A DNA stretch of 64,000 nt, taken from Azolla caroliniana (Eukaryota > Plantae > Polypodiophyta). The stretch lies in NCBI GenBank assembly GCA_043228905.1, contig JBHGNT010000003.1:7812001-7876000 (forward strand), in the 5' to 3' direction. This document shows, one piece after another, positions 46,333-58,580 of this stretch (within the stretch, counting starts at the first letter, position 1; each line of letters begins with the position of its first letter). A program made the translations under genes and the position numbers. The notes below the pieces were generated by a model that made no database searches, was not told the origin of the DNA, and saw only the letters and a list, made by a program, of their open reading frames with translations.

Positions 46333-48327
46333 GGTGTCTTGAGTGTTGCATGTCTTCTCCACCAAAGTGTGAAAATGACTCCAAACTCTTTTCCTCTTTT
46401 CCATTCCATCTAAATCCTTTTATACAGTTTGGTATTACATTTCAAGATACATTCGGTTATCTTGGGACACTTCTAGTTACTTACCTCTAACTAACCTTTT
46501 ACTAACTATGGTGTAACTAACTAAACCAGGGTCTAACTCCCCTAACCCTGGTTATAGCTACTTGGGTTAGGTGAGGGGTTTTGGCCTATGGTTTTACCAC
46601 GCGATTCCACAATATGTTTTAGAATACTTAGGAGTATTCTACGATTTAGCATTGCCATTTTATAAATTTTCACGTATTCCATGAATTTAACAAGTATTTA
46701 ACATTTCAAAAAGGGTTTCATAAATTTACAATTTTAAAAATTGATTTATTCTGAAGAAAACTTCAATTTTTAAGAAGTATTTAACAATAAATTACGTATT
46801 TAAACTTTAACGTGTCCTACCTGTATTCTAAGTATTTGAAAAACAAAAGGTAGAATATCTTTCGAATACATAGTTAGCATACGTATTCTGCGCGTATGGT
46901 ATGCTAAGTATTCTATAGCAATGGTAAACTTCTTTTGTCTTTTGCTTTTTGCCTTTTGCCCTTTGCTCTTTGCCCTTTGCTTTTCGTTCTTTGCCCTTTG
47001 CTCTTTTGCTCTTTGTTTTCTATTTATTATGCTTTTTGCCTTCCGCTTTCCTTCTTAAGTGTATTGTAGTGCAGCTCACCCCCTGCTTGCCATGGTACAA
47101 GGACAACACTCATGTCCTTCTTGCTTTCCTCCCTCACCTCTCTATCCCCCCCCCCCCCCCCCCTCGTTCAAGACGATTCAATGCTTTCTTATAACCATTG
47201 CCATGTAGTGATAAGTCATGTTTTTTCCTTTAGCTTCTTTTGTATTTTGTCGGTAGAATCCATTTAAGAGGGGGCCTTACCAATGTCCTTCGGTACATTC
47301 ATGTATTATTTTATTGAAAACATGGGAAAATGTTGTGGTCCACCTTGCTTTAGAAAGAAGGAACATTATATCTTTACTTTATGTGCTATGGTATCCTCCA
47401 AAATATGTTAGGCCTAACAATGTTAATGGAGAGATGGGATTTGTGTTAGGCCTAACAATGTCAATGGAGACATAAATGTTTTAAAAAATGAATGGAATGA
47501 TCATTACTATCTTTGTGATGCCTCTAGAGAGAATTGATCATCTTCAATATGGGATTGACAAAAGAAAACATGTTCCTTACAAAAAGGACCAAGCGCGTTC
47601 TTCATCTTTAAAATACTAAATGTTTAAAATCCCAATAGAGGTAATGCAAACAGATTTATTTTTCTTTGGTTTTCAATAAGACTTGTCCAAGCACTACTAC
47701 GACAAAACATATGAGATTTTCTTTCTATTTCTGACTTGTGTTGTGCTCGTGCATTGCAAATGAAAATGTTACACCTTCAATGTCATGCACAACATAATTA
47801 ATATGATGAAGTTTGACTCATAATGAAAGTTGAGTTGTAACCACTAACAATAATGCATGTTGAGCCATGCAATTAGCATCCAAATATAGTCATCACCAAC
47901 ATGGATAGTGCTTGCCAAACTACCATGTTTCATTTTGAAAACTTCGGATTCCCAAACATCTAGTTATGACTACCAAAAACAACCTCATGCATACCTTTTC
48001 TCTACCAATCTCTTAGAGATAGCAAAATGGTGTAGTACACGTAAATATATATTTGAAAACCATTCAACGATGTTAATGAAATTTTTGGTACACAAACATA
48101 ACATTGCATGGTAAAGTGGAATGCCAAGCCATTTGCCTACGGATGTGGCTTAAGTCTAAAATGATGAGCCAAATTATATAAATTATTATTATTATTTTGA
48201 CTTTCTTATCACCACATTAACAAACTTTTCACGAAACATGTTTTCAAACGATCCAGGGGTTGTTAATGATAACATAAAACATGATAAATATAGATGATCC
48301 CTCAAAAGGTGCCACAAATGCAACAAT

Positions 48328-48420
48328 GTATGCATGCATGGATGAATGTATGTATGTATGTATGTATGTATGTATGTATGTATGTATGTATGGATAGATG
48401 GATGGATGGATGGATGTATG
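48328..48420. repeat. (TATG)n/(GATG)n compound microsatellite
   Basis: Directly visible. Confidence 0.9.
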
Positions 48421-49532
48421 AATGATATATAGATACACACATGTTATTAGTCATTCATAAGGGAATCTATTGAATACCTTACAAAAATGCACGTGCTATA
48501 TAACAAACCCAAGATATTAAACAAAGAGAAAAAAATAGGCATTTTGGCAATGACAGCATATTTCAGTAGGGCACATACAAAAAAGCATCATCCATCAATT
48601 AGTTAAGGTTGTGATGCCACCTTCAATCATTTTTCAAGGATGCCACAGAATACTTTAACATCTTTGTTAACCATGTACAATATGCTCTTTTTTACACTTC
48701 AACCATGGCAGGGTGCATAATGATGAGCTAGCTATTCATGAATGCATGATGTATAGTGCATAATGAATGATGACAACGACAATGATTTGATGATGGGTTT
48801 GCACTTTTAAATTTAACATATGAAATTTCCAACTATTAATCACCTTATGGTTTGATGATACTTCAACAAAGGAGCTCAAAATAATGCTCAGTCTGAGTAG
48901 AACTCTTTCCTTTGTCTTAATTGTTTTTTGGGCATTTTACTTCCCCCTCAAGCAAAATCAATAGAATTTAAATGTGGAAAGATACAGAAGAAAAATGAGC
49001 CTTTTTGTGTGTTCAAAAGCTAGGGAAACACAAAAAGCAGCAATCATCATGTTTTATTCTATAGGGATTGGGCTAAGAAAAATCCCAATATGTGCATATA
49101 TAAGTAGCCCAAAATATAAAAGAAGACACTCATACATAGTGCTCTCTCTCTGTCTCTTGGAAGTCATCTATATTGTACATATATAATTATGATGCTCCTT
49201 ACATTACTACACAACATATATAGAAAAAAGGCTTGCTTACTTTTTACTCCATTACTTCTGAAATGGCATTGCATTGCAGCATCTTCAATCTTTCCTTGTT
49301 CGTTCTAGGCTTTTCAGGTTTAAGGGCCACGGTGTTTCGGGTTCAAGTCCGTGTGCTTTCAGGGTTTAGGGGTGAAGGTTTATTTAGGGTTTTAAGATTG
49401 ACAAAGGGTTCCTGAAGGGGTTTCAGGGTTTTTTTTTTAGATTCTTGAAGCAATCAATCAAAATCAAGAGTCGCATTCAGGAAGCCTTGTGAAGTAAGCA
49501 TATGAAGATGAGATTGAGCTATGATAATCACA

Positions 49533-52500
49533 TCATGGCAGACATTCATGAGGGTTGGCATAGAAATAATCCTCTTCTTTCGGTCGGTCCAACATGACCC
49601 TCCTCTTTGTCTGCATGCCCATTCGGTTTTCATGTGCCTCCTTTACAGCAGACGAAAACTCGTCCCATTGCATTGTCCCATTTTGATATTCATCAAATAA
49701 TTCAACTAGCTTCCGTCTATCCAACAATATTGTCTTCCGATAACCCAAATATCTATTCATTAATCAAAAAGCAAAGGAAAGACAAAAAATAAGACTCATG
49801 TTAGCATGAACTGCAACATTAAACAAAGCCCATTGCATGCTAAGAGCACAGTTTCTGGATCATACAAAAGAACTTTAGACATTCCCAACAATTCAATCTA
49901 AAAACAAAAATATTATTGCTTTTATAGATTCACAACATTTCCTTAATCAAATTCTTATATTATGAAATATATATAAATCGATATGTTGTGCTTTGCAACA
50001 TGAAGGTTGCAGGTACAAGATGAGTTCATTATAAAATTTCTTCATAATTTGTAGTTTGGGATTCATCCACACAAACAAACAAATACAGTATTATTGTGTT
50101 AGAATTTCGTTTTACCTTCTGTGACCTTCGACTAGTTTCGCCATGTTTCCATCATATGTTGGTATGAAAACATCACTTTCAATGGCCACCAGATAGTCAA
50201 GGGCAGCCATTTGGGAAGAATGGTTTTGAAAATGCCTTAATTCATCTGGACTCAGCAGCATTTCTTTCCTTACCTGCAAAAAATAAATGATGTGAAAGTC
50301 ATGTCAGTCATAGCTCAACATTAGGCCATAGAAAAAAAGCAAATAAATGAATGTTAAAATTTCATCACTACTAATACATAACACAAGTATAAACCTAGAA
50401 GATAGGAAACATTGTCAAAAAATAAAAGAAACTTTAATGATGCCTTAAAAACTGAAATTTTCTGACACTGAAAACAAATAATTAGTCAAAAGATTTAGCT
50501 CAACAAAACATGTTTGATGTTTTATTTTGAACTTACAACATTTGGGTAAGCTGAATATAAGTCTGCCATCCTTCTCTCACTCCCGTAGATCTCTCCAGCA
50601 GCTATGTATATCTGAGTGTCCTTACCATAACCAAATGCTTTCAGAACTAATAGAGTTTCCTCCGGAGTTAGTGGACAGAGTCCATCCAATCTCTTTTGTT
50701 TTGAATCAATGATCTTCTCTTTCCACCAAGGGTATGCATACCTGTAACAATATGTTAGCTCATATGAATATTACAGCACGTCAAAAACATCGCCGGTGCT
50801 GGTGTGCACATGAAAGAGATCTATCCCAATGGATCCATCCATACAAAATACTCGCAGTATTTCAATTGACTCATTCATGATTTATATACATAGATTTGTT
50901 CTTTATTTGTAACTTCTGAAATGAAAATTCCAAGTTCCTTCTATAAATCAACTAATGATGACGAGTTCTCCAGATTAAGACATAAAGAAAATATCATTTC
51001 ATATCTAGCATCTAATTATATAAATATAATTGCTTTATCAGGCTGATAGAAGTCGCACTCATGAAGTTGGTATGCTGTCAGTTCTCCAAATCGCATGCAT
51101 GCATACATATAAGTATGTACATCCATAGTTGCGTCATAGAATGATCACTGGTCTAATGCAAAGGCACAAATCATTCTTACCTCATTTTTGTAAGTTCTTC
51201 CTCCTCCTCTGGACTACATCCATGTGTACACCCTGAGAAAGCCAACATGTCCATCTCATATCTCAAGTGCAACACCAAGAAAGGTCCTTTTGACTTTAAC
51301 ATGTCGATCAACTTCTGGCCCAACTCTTGAATGCGGTTTGTAAATTTCAACACCCTGTAGTTCACACGACATCTTAGCTTCTGGAAGTCATCAGAAAGGC
51401 CGCCATTCGCCACACGAGTGTCAGTCTTACTGAATTGAATAATCTTATGCTTCCTGACCAGTGGGAGTATCTGTTCAAAGAGATCTTCTCCATCAGTGTT
51501 ACAAAATCACAAAAATGTGACATGTTGAAAGGTCCATATTCTATTTAGCACATACAAACGCAAGACATTAGTATTGGAAGTTTACTGCGGGGCACACCTG
51601 GTTAAGATAATAGGATTCATTGGACCAGCTCACTGGTGGCAAGGAGTAGACCATGCCTTTCCTCACTTTTCCTTGAAATTTTGCAGGAACCCTTTGAATA
51701 ATCCGTAGTTCATCTCTCAAAGAGGTAATAAAATGCTTGGTATCAAATATATCTCCAAAATCACTGCATATAGTATAGATATGGATGAAAACATGAGCCT
51801 ACAATTGGGAAAAGCTCAAAAACACATAGGCAGCATCATTAAATGCATATCTTCATCTTATGAATATGCACAATTAATACTATGGAGCCATAGCCTAACA
51901 TTATGTTGGAATATAGCCTGTATGTGCATATATACAAGGTGACCCTACCATTGAGAAAAGCTAAAAAAACACATAGGAAACCTCATTAAATGCTTACTTT
52001 CATGTTAAGCGTATGCTTGTCCAATTACATGTTATGGATCCACACTCAAACATGCCACAGTTTCACTCATGTTGGGCTATAGTATGTATATGCACCAAGG
52101 AAGGAAGAGACATGTACATGTGGGAAAAGCTCAGAAACAAATTGATAACCTCCTTAAATGCATGTTTTCATGTTAACCATATTTACAACTACATGTTATG
52201 AAATGATAAGCTACAATAATAAAAAATCTCACGTCAAAAACATTATTTTTCTTCTCTCACCTGGGATCATTCCAGAAAGATGTCTTATCAAGCTCTGGGA
52301 CAATGAGAGTCAAATTCAAAAGCCGTGCAACAGCAACCATATCACATATCTGAAAATAAAGTAGTAAGCAAATATTATCCATGAAGATCAATTGATATCC
52401 TTGATTTGTTAATAATAATGTTCGGGGAAGAAATAATACCGCTGCCCGCATTTGATTGAGGCCTCCATTGCAAGAAACCAGAAGATAACCATTGTTGATG

Positions 52501-53562
52501 TAGGACCCTGCATACATCAATACATTAGTGGCCATCTCCACGTTTCCTCATTATAAAGATTTCTAAACATCCATGACAATCTAATCCTTTCTATACATCC
52601 ATCTGTATTTCCCACTTTAAATCTGTAGAATGAAGTTCTAGTTTATCTGATCATGCTTGTCATATAGCCAATCAAATTTCTCACCTTACTACTTAGAGAG
52701 AGTATGTCTTTGCATTACCATTGCCCGCCTAAAATCCATCACCATCTAATAATTTCTATACATCCATCTATATTTCTCATCTCAGATATTTATAAATACA
52801 TAGGTCATATAATGAAGTTCTGATTGATCTGGCCATGCTTGTGAAACATGATAGGCAATCAAATTTTGCTCACCTTACTAGAGAAAGGATGTGTTTGGAT
52901 GACCATCAACCACTAAGATATATTCACACAACTTTATATGTGGTCGAATTTCTTGAATTGCCAGCAGATTGCGGAATATTTTCTTTTAACTACATGGCCA
53001 ATCTTTATCCCTAAGATAGATCCAAACACAACTTACTACATGATAGAAACACGTGAATGTCCAATATACTTAATCTCACATTTCCCCGACTTAGAAAAGG
53101 ATGTAGTTGCATTGCATTAAATCCCTAAGATAGATCTAAACACAACTAAGTGCAGAATGCACAGCATGATGGGCAATCAACTTTTGACCCCCCCCACCAT
53201 CGCAAAAGATTGGATTTGCATTGCATCAATGCCCCTAGGAAAGACAGATTACAAGACTTATTATGTGATAGACACCCTTGAATTGTCCAATCAAATGCCC
53301 AAAGTGATAGGCCATCAAACCATAGAGAAATTTTTTATTTGCATTGCATCAATGCCTTTTTAAAATAGATCCGAAAATAAGTTCTACATGCCTATAGGAT
53401 ATGAACCAATCTATAATCATCAAATAATAATAAAAGATAGTAAGAAAGAAAGAAATGAATGAATGAATAGATGATCTTACTTGGAACAAGAGAACTTGTT
53501 GACGACACAAAAGAAGAAGCAGTGGGCGTATGAGAAACAGTAGTAGTAGCAGTAGTAGTAGC

Positions 53563-53593
<31 letters not shown>

Positions 53594-53958
53594 ACAGGAA
53601 TGATGGATGAAGAGGAATCTTGGTGTTCGGATTCGAACTCGCGTCTCTCATTGAAACAAGAAGGCCACCCATGAAGAAGACTGTGATAAGGACCCCATAG
53701 CTGTCCACCCAAAGCTAAGACTTGTAGGAGGCATGTCCATACCAGAATACTTGTACTGAGCCTGATGATCCACACTTGCATTCTACTCCTAGGGAACAGA
53801 AGTACCTTAGCCACTTTCAACCTCTTGGAGAGAGAGTTAACCTTGGCAGAAGAAACATGTGCAGAAGATGGGAGAGACAGAGAAGGAGGAGGAGGAGATG
53901 GAGATGGAGATGGAGGGGATGACTCTGCCTTAGAGAAGCTAAAGAAAAGCTTCCCCAT
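49533..53958 (-). CDS. RRT1: O-fucosyltransferase family (GT106) protein, rhamnogalacturonan-I rhamnosyltransferase RRT-like, 557 aa. Exons 53958-53481, 52507-52440, 52349-52261, 51763-51598, 51470-51181, 50741-50537, 50273-50116, 49752-49533
   Basis: All introns are GT-AG with consistent phases. TM segment followed by WGP..GWPSCF, then [69 protein letters not shown] and [15 protein letters not shown]. The symbol denotes the clade, and exact orthology is untested. Confidence 0.92.
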
Positions 53959-54299
53959 GGTGTGCAGAATATATTTCTTCCTTTTCTTTTCTTTTCTTCT
54001 CTTTTCTTTTCTTTTCTTTTCTGTTCTGTTCTGTTCTGTCTCCTCTTTCTTTCTGGAATCTGGTTTGGTCTTGTGGTGAGGTTTCCTTGTGTTGCAAGGT
54101 TTTTGCTTTGGCTTGGTCCAACCTTTTCTGAAGATATAACCCTGTTGTCAAGCAACCATTCTCCCCTGTGCATATGAATGAATGCTGTATACATACATCA
54201 TGTAAGGAACAATGGCGTCTCTCTTTCAGTGTGGCAATCAGACCCGAAATGACAAAGACAGATCAGGAGAAAGGAAGAGAGACCAGAAACAGGGGAGGT

Positions 54300-54327
54300 A
54301 AATAGATAGATAGATAGATTGTGTGTC

Positions 54328-54360
<33 letters not shown>

Positions 54361-54745
54361 ATAATAGTGTCTGTGAAGAGAGAGAATTATGGAGATCTTG
54401 CTTCTTTCTCTTCTCTTCTCTACCTCTGCACCATTACTAGTTTTAAAAAAGAAGAAGAAAGAGCCTCTCTTTCTCTTCTCTGTTCTTCTTTCCTTTTTAT
54501 CTTTCCTGCTCTTTCTTTCTGGGATATGTTGTTTGAGGTCTTATGGATATGGATTTGCTTACTTAATTCTGTGAGTAAGATACATACAGAGTATATATAG
54601 TATATAGTATATAGTATATATATACACATAAACAAACATACATTTGGGTGGTGATGATGATGGTGATTACAGGTCTAATGGCAAAAGCTCTGTGTATGTA
54701 TGTATGGATATCTGTATGTATATCTGTATGTATGTATGTCTGTAT

Positions 54746-54782
<37 letters not shown>

Positions 54783-55158
54783 TGTAGACTGCTGTCTGTC
54801 TGTGGCCCCCTGTTCTTCTTCTTCTTCTTCTTCTTCTTCTTCTTCTTCTTCTTCTTCTACTTTCTTCCTTCTCTCTCTTCTCTTTCTGTCTCTTTTTCTC
54901 TCTTCTCTGTTCTGGCCCACCACTGCTGGCACTGGTTCTTGTTCTTTCTTCCTTTTCCTTTCCTTTCCTTTCCTTTCCTTCCTCTTCTTCTCTGCGATCT
55001 TTCCTGCAGAGAGAGAAAGAGGCAGACAGACAGAGAGAGAGAATGGAGGAGTGAATGAAGAAGAAGAAGAAGACGGAAATGCTTCTTGCTAGACAGATGG
55101 ATAGGAAGAGGAAAAGATAGAGAGAGAGAGAGAGAGGCACACACAGAAGCAGAGAGGT

Positions 55159-55192
<34 letters not shown>

Positions 55193-55395
55193 GCAGAGAA
55201 AGAAAGGGAAGACAGAGAGAGACACACACACACAGAAGCAGAGGGGGTAGAGAGAGAGACACACACACACACAGAAGCAGAGAGGTAGAGAGAGACACAC
55301 ACACAGAAGCAGAGAGGTAGAGAGAGACACACACACACAGAAGCAGAGAGGTAGAGAGAGAGAGAGAGAGAAAGAAGAAGAAGAAGAAGAAGAAG

Positions 55396-55431
<36 letters not shown>

Positions 55432-55705
55432 GAAGAAAACAAAAGAGTTTTTGATGTGCGTGTGGTATTTATTGCTTTTGTTTTTTGTTTTTTTCTGTTT
55501 TTCTTTTTTTTCCTTTTTTCCTTTTTTCTTTCTCGATTTAAATTTGCTGAAGCAAACTTTTCTGGTGTTTTTCTTCCTCCTTCCTTCTTCCTTCTTCTTG
55601 TGGAGGGGATCCAACAAAATGTCTCTCTCTCTCTCCTCCTCCACCCAACGTTCAAATTAAGAAAGAGAGAGAGAGAGAAAGGAAGAACCAAAAACCTTGT
55701 TGATG

Positions 55706-55747
<42 letters not shown>

Positions 55748-55867
55748 GAGGAGAGGAAATGGCCATGAATCAATACAATATATGCCCCCGCCCACCCCCA
55801 CCCCCCCCCCCCAAGTGTATGAAACGGAGACGACATAAAGACATGGCACAACGAGGTATCATGCGTG

Positions 55868-55914
<47 letters not shown>

Positions 55915-55930
55915 GTGTGCGTGTGTGTGT
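54300..55930. repeat. Microsatellite-dense 5' region of the RRT-like gene
   Basis: (TG)n, (GA)n and (CTT)n tracts, plus five copies of a (CA)n-GAAGCAGAGAGGTA-(GA)n unit at 55138-55371. Confidence 0.9.
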
Positions 55931-58500
55931 GTTCTCAATACAAGCAACGGTGCCAACCAACTAGAAAGAGAATGTATGAAACGAAGACTGACTGACAAAG
56001 CACAACGAGGTATCATGTGTGTGTTCTCCTCCGTCCATGCAACAAAGCCATCTAGAAAGAGAGTCGCGGGAAGCCTTTTTGTGCTTCTTTGTGTGTATGT
56101 ATGTATGTTCCTTTGTGTGTGTAGTGTGTTAGTTAGTGCTTTAGTGTGTAGTCTGTGCTTTGTGTCTTGTGTGCTTCATGTGTGCATGTGCGTGTCTGTA
56201 TGTGTGTGTTTGTTCTGGCTTGGAGAAAAAGAGAACGGCATCCCCTCATGTCGTAAAGTTCTGTCCAGCACAAAAGAGAGACGGGTGGGCTCACCATTCC
56301 GACTCACCCGATGATCACCCACATCCTTGCTCATGATTGTCTGTTTGTAACACAAATATGTGATAAGAGATGCCTTTTTTCAGTGGGGATGAGGTGATGA
56401 ACATAAAAACATGGTTCGACAACTACGATAAACTACCCCACTATGAACAAAAAATTTGCTCCAATGTCCTATGGTGTAAGTTGGTTTCTTCGTAAATTCT
56501 TGCAATAAGTGGGATTTGCAATGGTGGACGGGGGGGGCACCCAATAGGGTAAAAGTCCTCCCAACCCTATACAAGTTATGCAATGTCATCTAGCGGCAAA
56601 TTATCGCGATAGGCAATATTTGTTAAAGTATGATCAATATACTTGAGAGAGAGATAGATAGAGAGATTTAAGTTTCCTTAATGAGAGATAATCGATTATT
56701 TTTACAACGAGGAAAAATTCTACTAAAATCTTATTATGCATTCATTGCATGCATGCGTCTTTGGGCTAGGTAGGTTCCCCCCCCCCCCCCCCCCCCCTAA
56801 TGTGAGTCAGGAGGGTTAGATAGGGACATGAGTGAATGATACATCTCTCTCGATAGATCTTTAATATATATTTAAGTAATGCAATTAGGTTGGCTAGAAG
56901 AGTACCTAACACACACATATATATATGTGTATACATGGGTAAGAAAGATACACATCTAAACATACACATATATAATATGAAGAGAAAGTGAGTGACATAT
57001 CATTGAAGTATATTCATATATACCATGCAATATATATACATACAAAGGATTAGGTTTGTTAGATGGGATACACAACATACACTCTTCTTTTGCCTTTGAA
57101 GTCTTCCTTGAGAATTGAGAGACTAAATACATTGTCATTCCTAAATCCTAAGAGACGTGGGTTATCCCCCTCCTTGCCCCAAGCTTGTAACTATGAGAGA
57201 GAGAGAGAGAGAGAAAGAGCCTCTATGTTTAAAAGTATCCATAGTGCATAAGTAGCACCACTAACTACATATGAGATAATAATATATAGAAAAAATGCAC
57301 AGTATAAAAGGGTAATATCAACTTTATCCCTTGCAAAGTTTGTTGAATCTATCTCACTCGCTCATTTCCACAATTTCTCCCCTATCTATTTACTTATACC
57401 GTGATTTACAATTCCCCTTTTGCAAATTTATACTCCGCTTTAATTCCATACATCTCCCCACTTTTTTCCTATGAGAACAACTCATTTCGGGTTTCACTAC
57501 ACATAATCAATTCTCTAGAGAGAAGATAACACATCTTTCTCTTCATGTGAGAAATGAAATGAATTGTAGCATTCATCTTATATGGGCCAACCCTAAAACT
57601 AATGACTTTTTCATTCATATGCTTACTCTTTTTGCTTATGTCAAATTTTTGTTGGAACAATCCTCCATGTTTGCATAAATGGCTTAAATTAAAGCAACAA
57701 GTGTGCTTTTTGAAGCTTGCCTTAGTGTTTGGCATACTTCTTTAAAAAATCAAAACTGAGCAGGTTATGCTAATGTCCCACTGCAAACTTTTTTATTGGA
57801 TGTATATTTAATATCTATGTTTGTCACTTTAATTTTTCGTTCTGCAACCTTATCATGTGTGGTATGTTTTCACATTTTTTCAGTTTTACATTGATATGGG
57901 GCCCCTTCTTTGAGTGTTTCCTGTCTTAACACGGATATACATAGCTATTGATCATTTTCTTGTAATGATTGTTTAGCAAGTTCTCGTCTCAATTTGACAT
58001 TTCTCAGTGTTCACATACATACATATGCAATAATAATAAAAACGTGTGGAGCAACGAATTCAACTATGTATTTGTATATAGTTATATGTAGATTTCTCTT
58101 TTTGTTTGTTTGTGTGGCATGAGATATCAATTATGAAAAGTGTGAGAAAGGGGGAGTCTTGAGAGAGATAGATTTCATTATCATCTTAGGAGGTCAAATA
58201 TAACCTACGAGATTGAAAATTTAACGTTTTCACGTAATACACGTGAAAGTGAGCAACAAATCTCAGCATTCAAGAACTTTCAGAGGGAATATTGCAATTG
58301 AGAGTGCACATTGTGACTGTGAAAGAAATTTGTGCAAGGATTGGGTTGGGTTGAAGATAGTGAAAAGCATAGGTGAATTTGATCAAAGGCAATCCATGGT
58401 ATCAAAGTACGATAATTAGACTCTCACACTTATTTTGGGCCAAAAGTGCATAGATGATTGGTCTCATTACTCGTGCCCCAATCAATGTCTCGTCTCACAT

Positions 58501-58502
<2 letters not shown>

Positions 58503-58576
<74 letters not shown>
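58503..58576. repeat. (GA)n microsatellite
   Basis: About 37 perfect GA units. Confidence 0.95.

Positions 58577-58580
<4 letters not shown>

Larger units (their letters stand above)
20271..46611 (-). mobile_element. Ty3/Gypsy element A, outermost and oldest of the nest (about 5.0 kb once inserts are removed)
   Basis: LTRs 20271-20513 and 46368-46611, flanked by ATAT/ATAT, with PBS TGGTGGAGA at 46364-46356. Gag PMEID..CFFCKHYGH (~45400-45154), protease LFDSGS and RT YLDD (44954-43936) continue in register at 28802-28726 and from 22962 down. RNase H and integrase extend to about 20770. No chromodomain seen. Confidence 0.9.

Noticed and set aside
46016-46384. Extra ORF with KKELKQKI repeats in element A
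   Set aside because: It begins inside the LTR/PBS and is largely explained by a 24-bp tandem repeat. It may be a decayed gag N-terminus but cannot be supported as a separate gene.
49309-49432. Interstitial telomere repeats in the RRT-like 3' region
   Set aside because: Only scattered TTTAGGG/TTCAGGG-like words, not a tandem array.
54319-56314. Many overlapping ORFs of 60-225 aa
   Set aside because: Artefacts of stop-free microsatellites (CVCV, SLSL, ERER).
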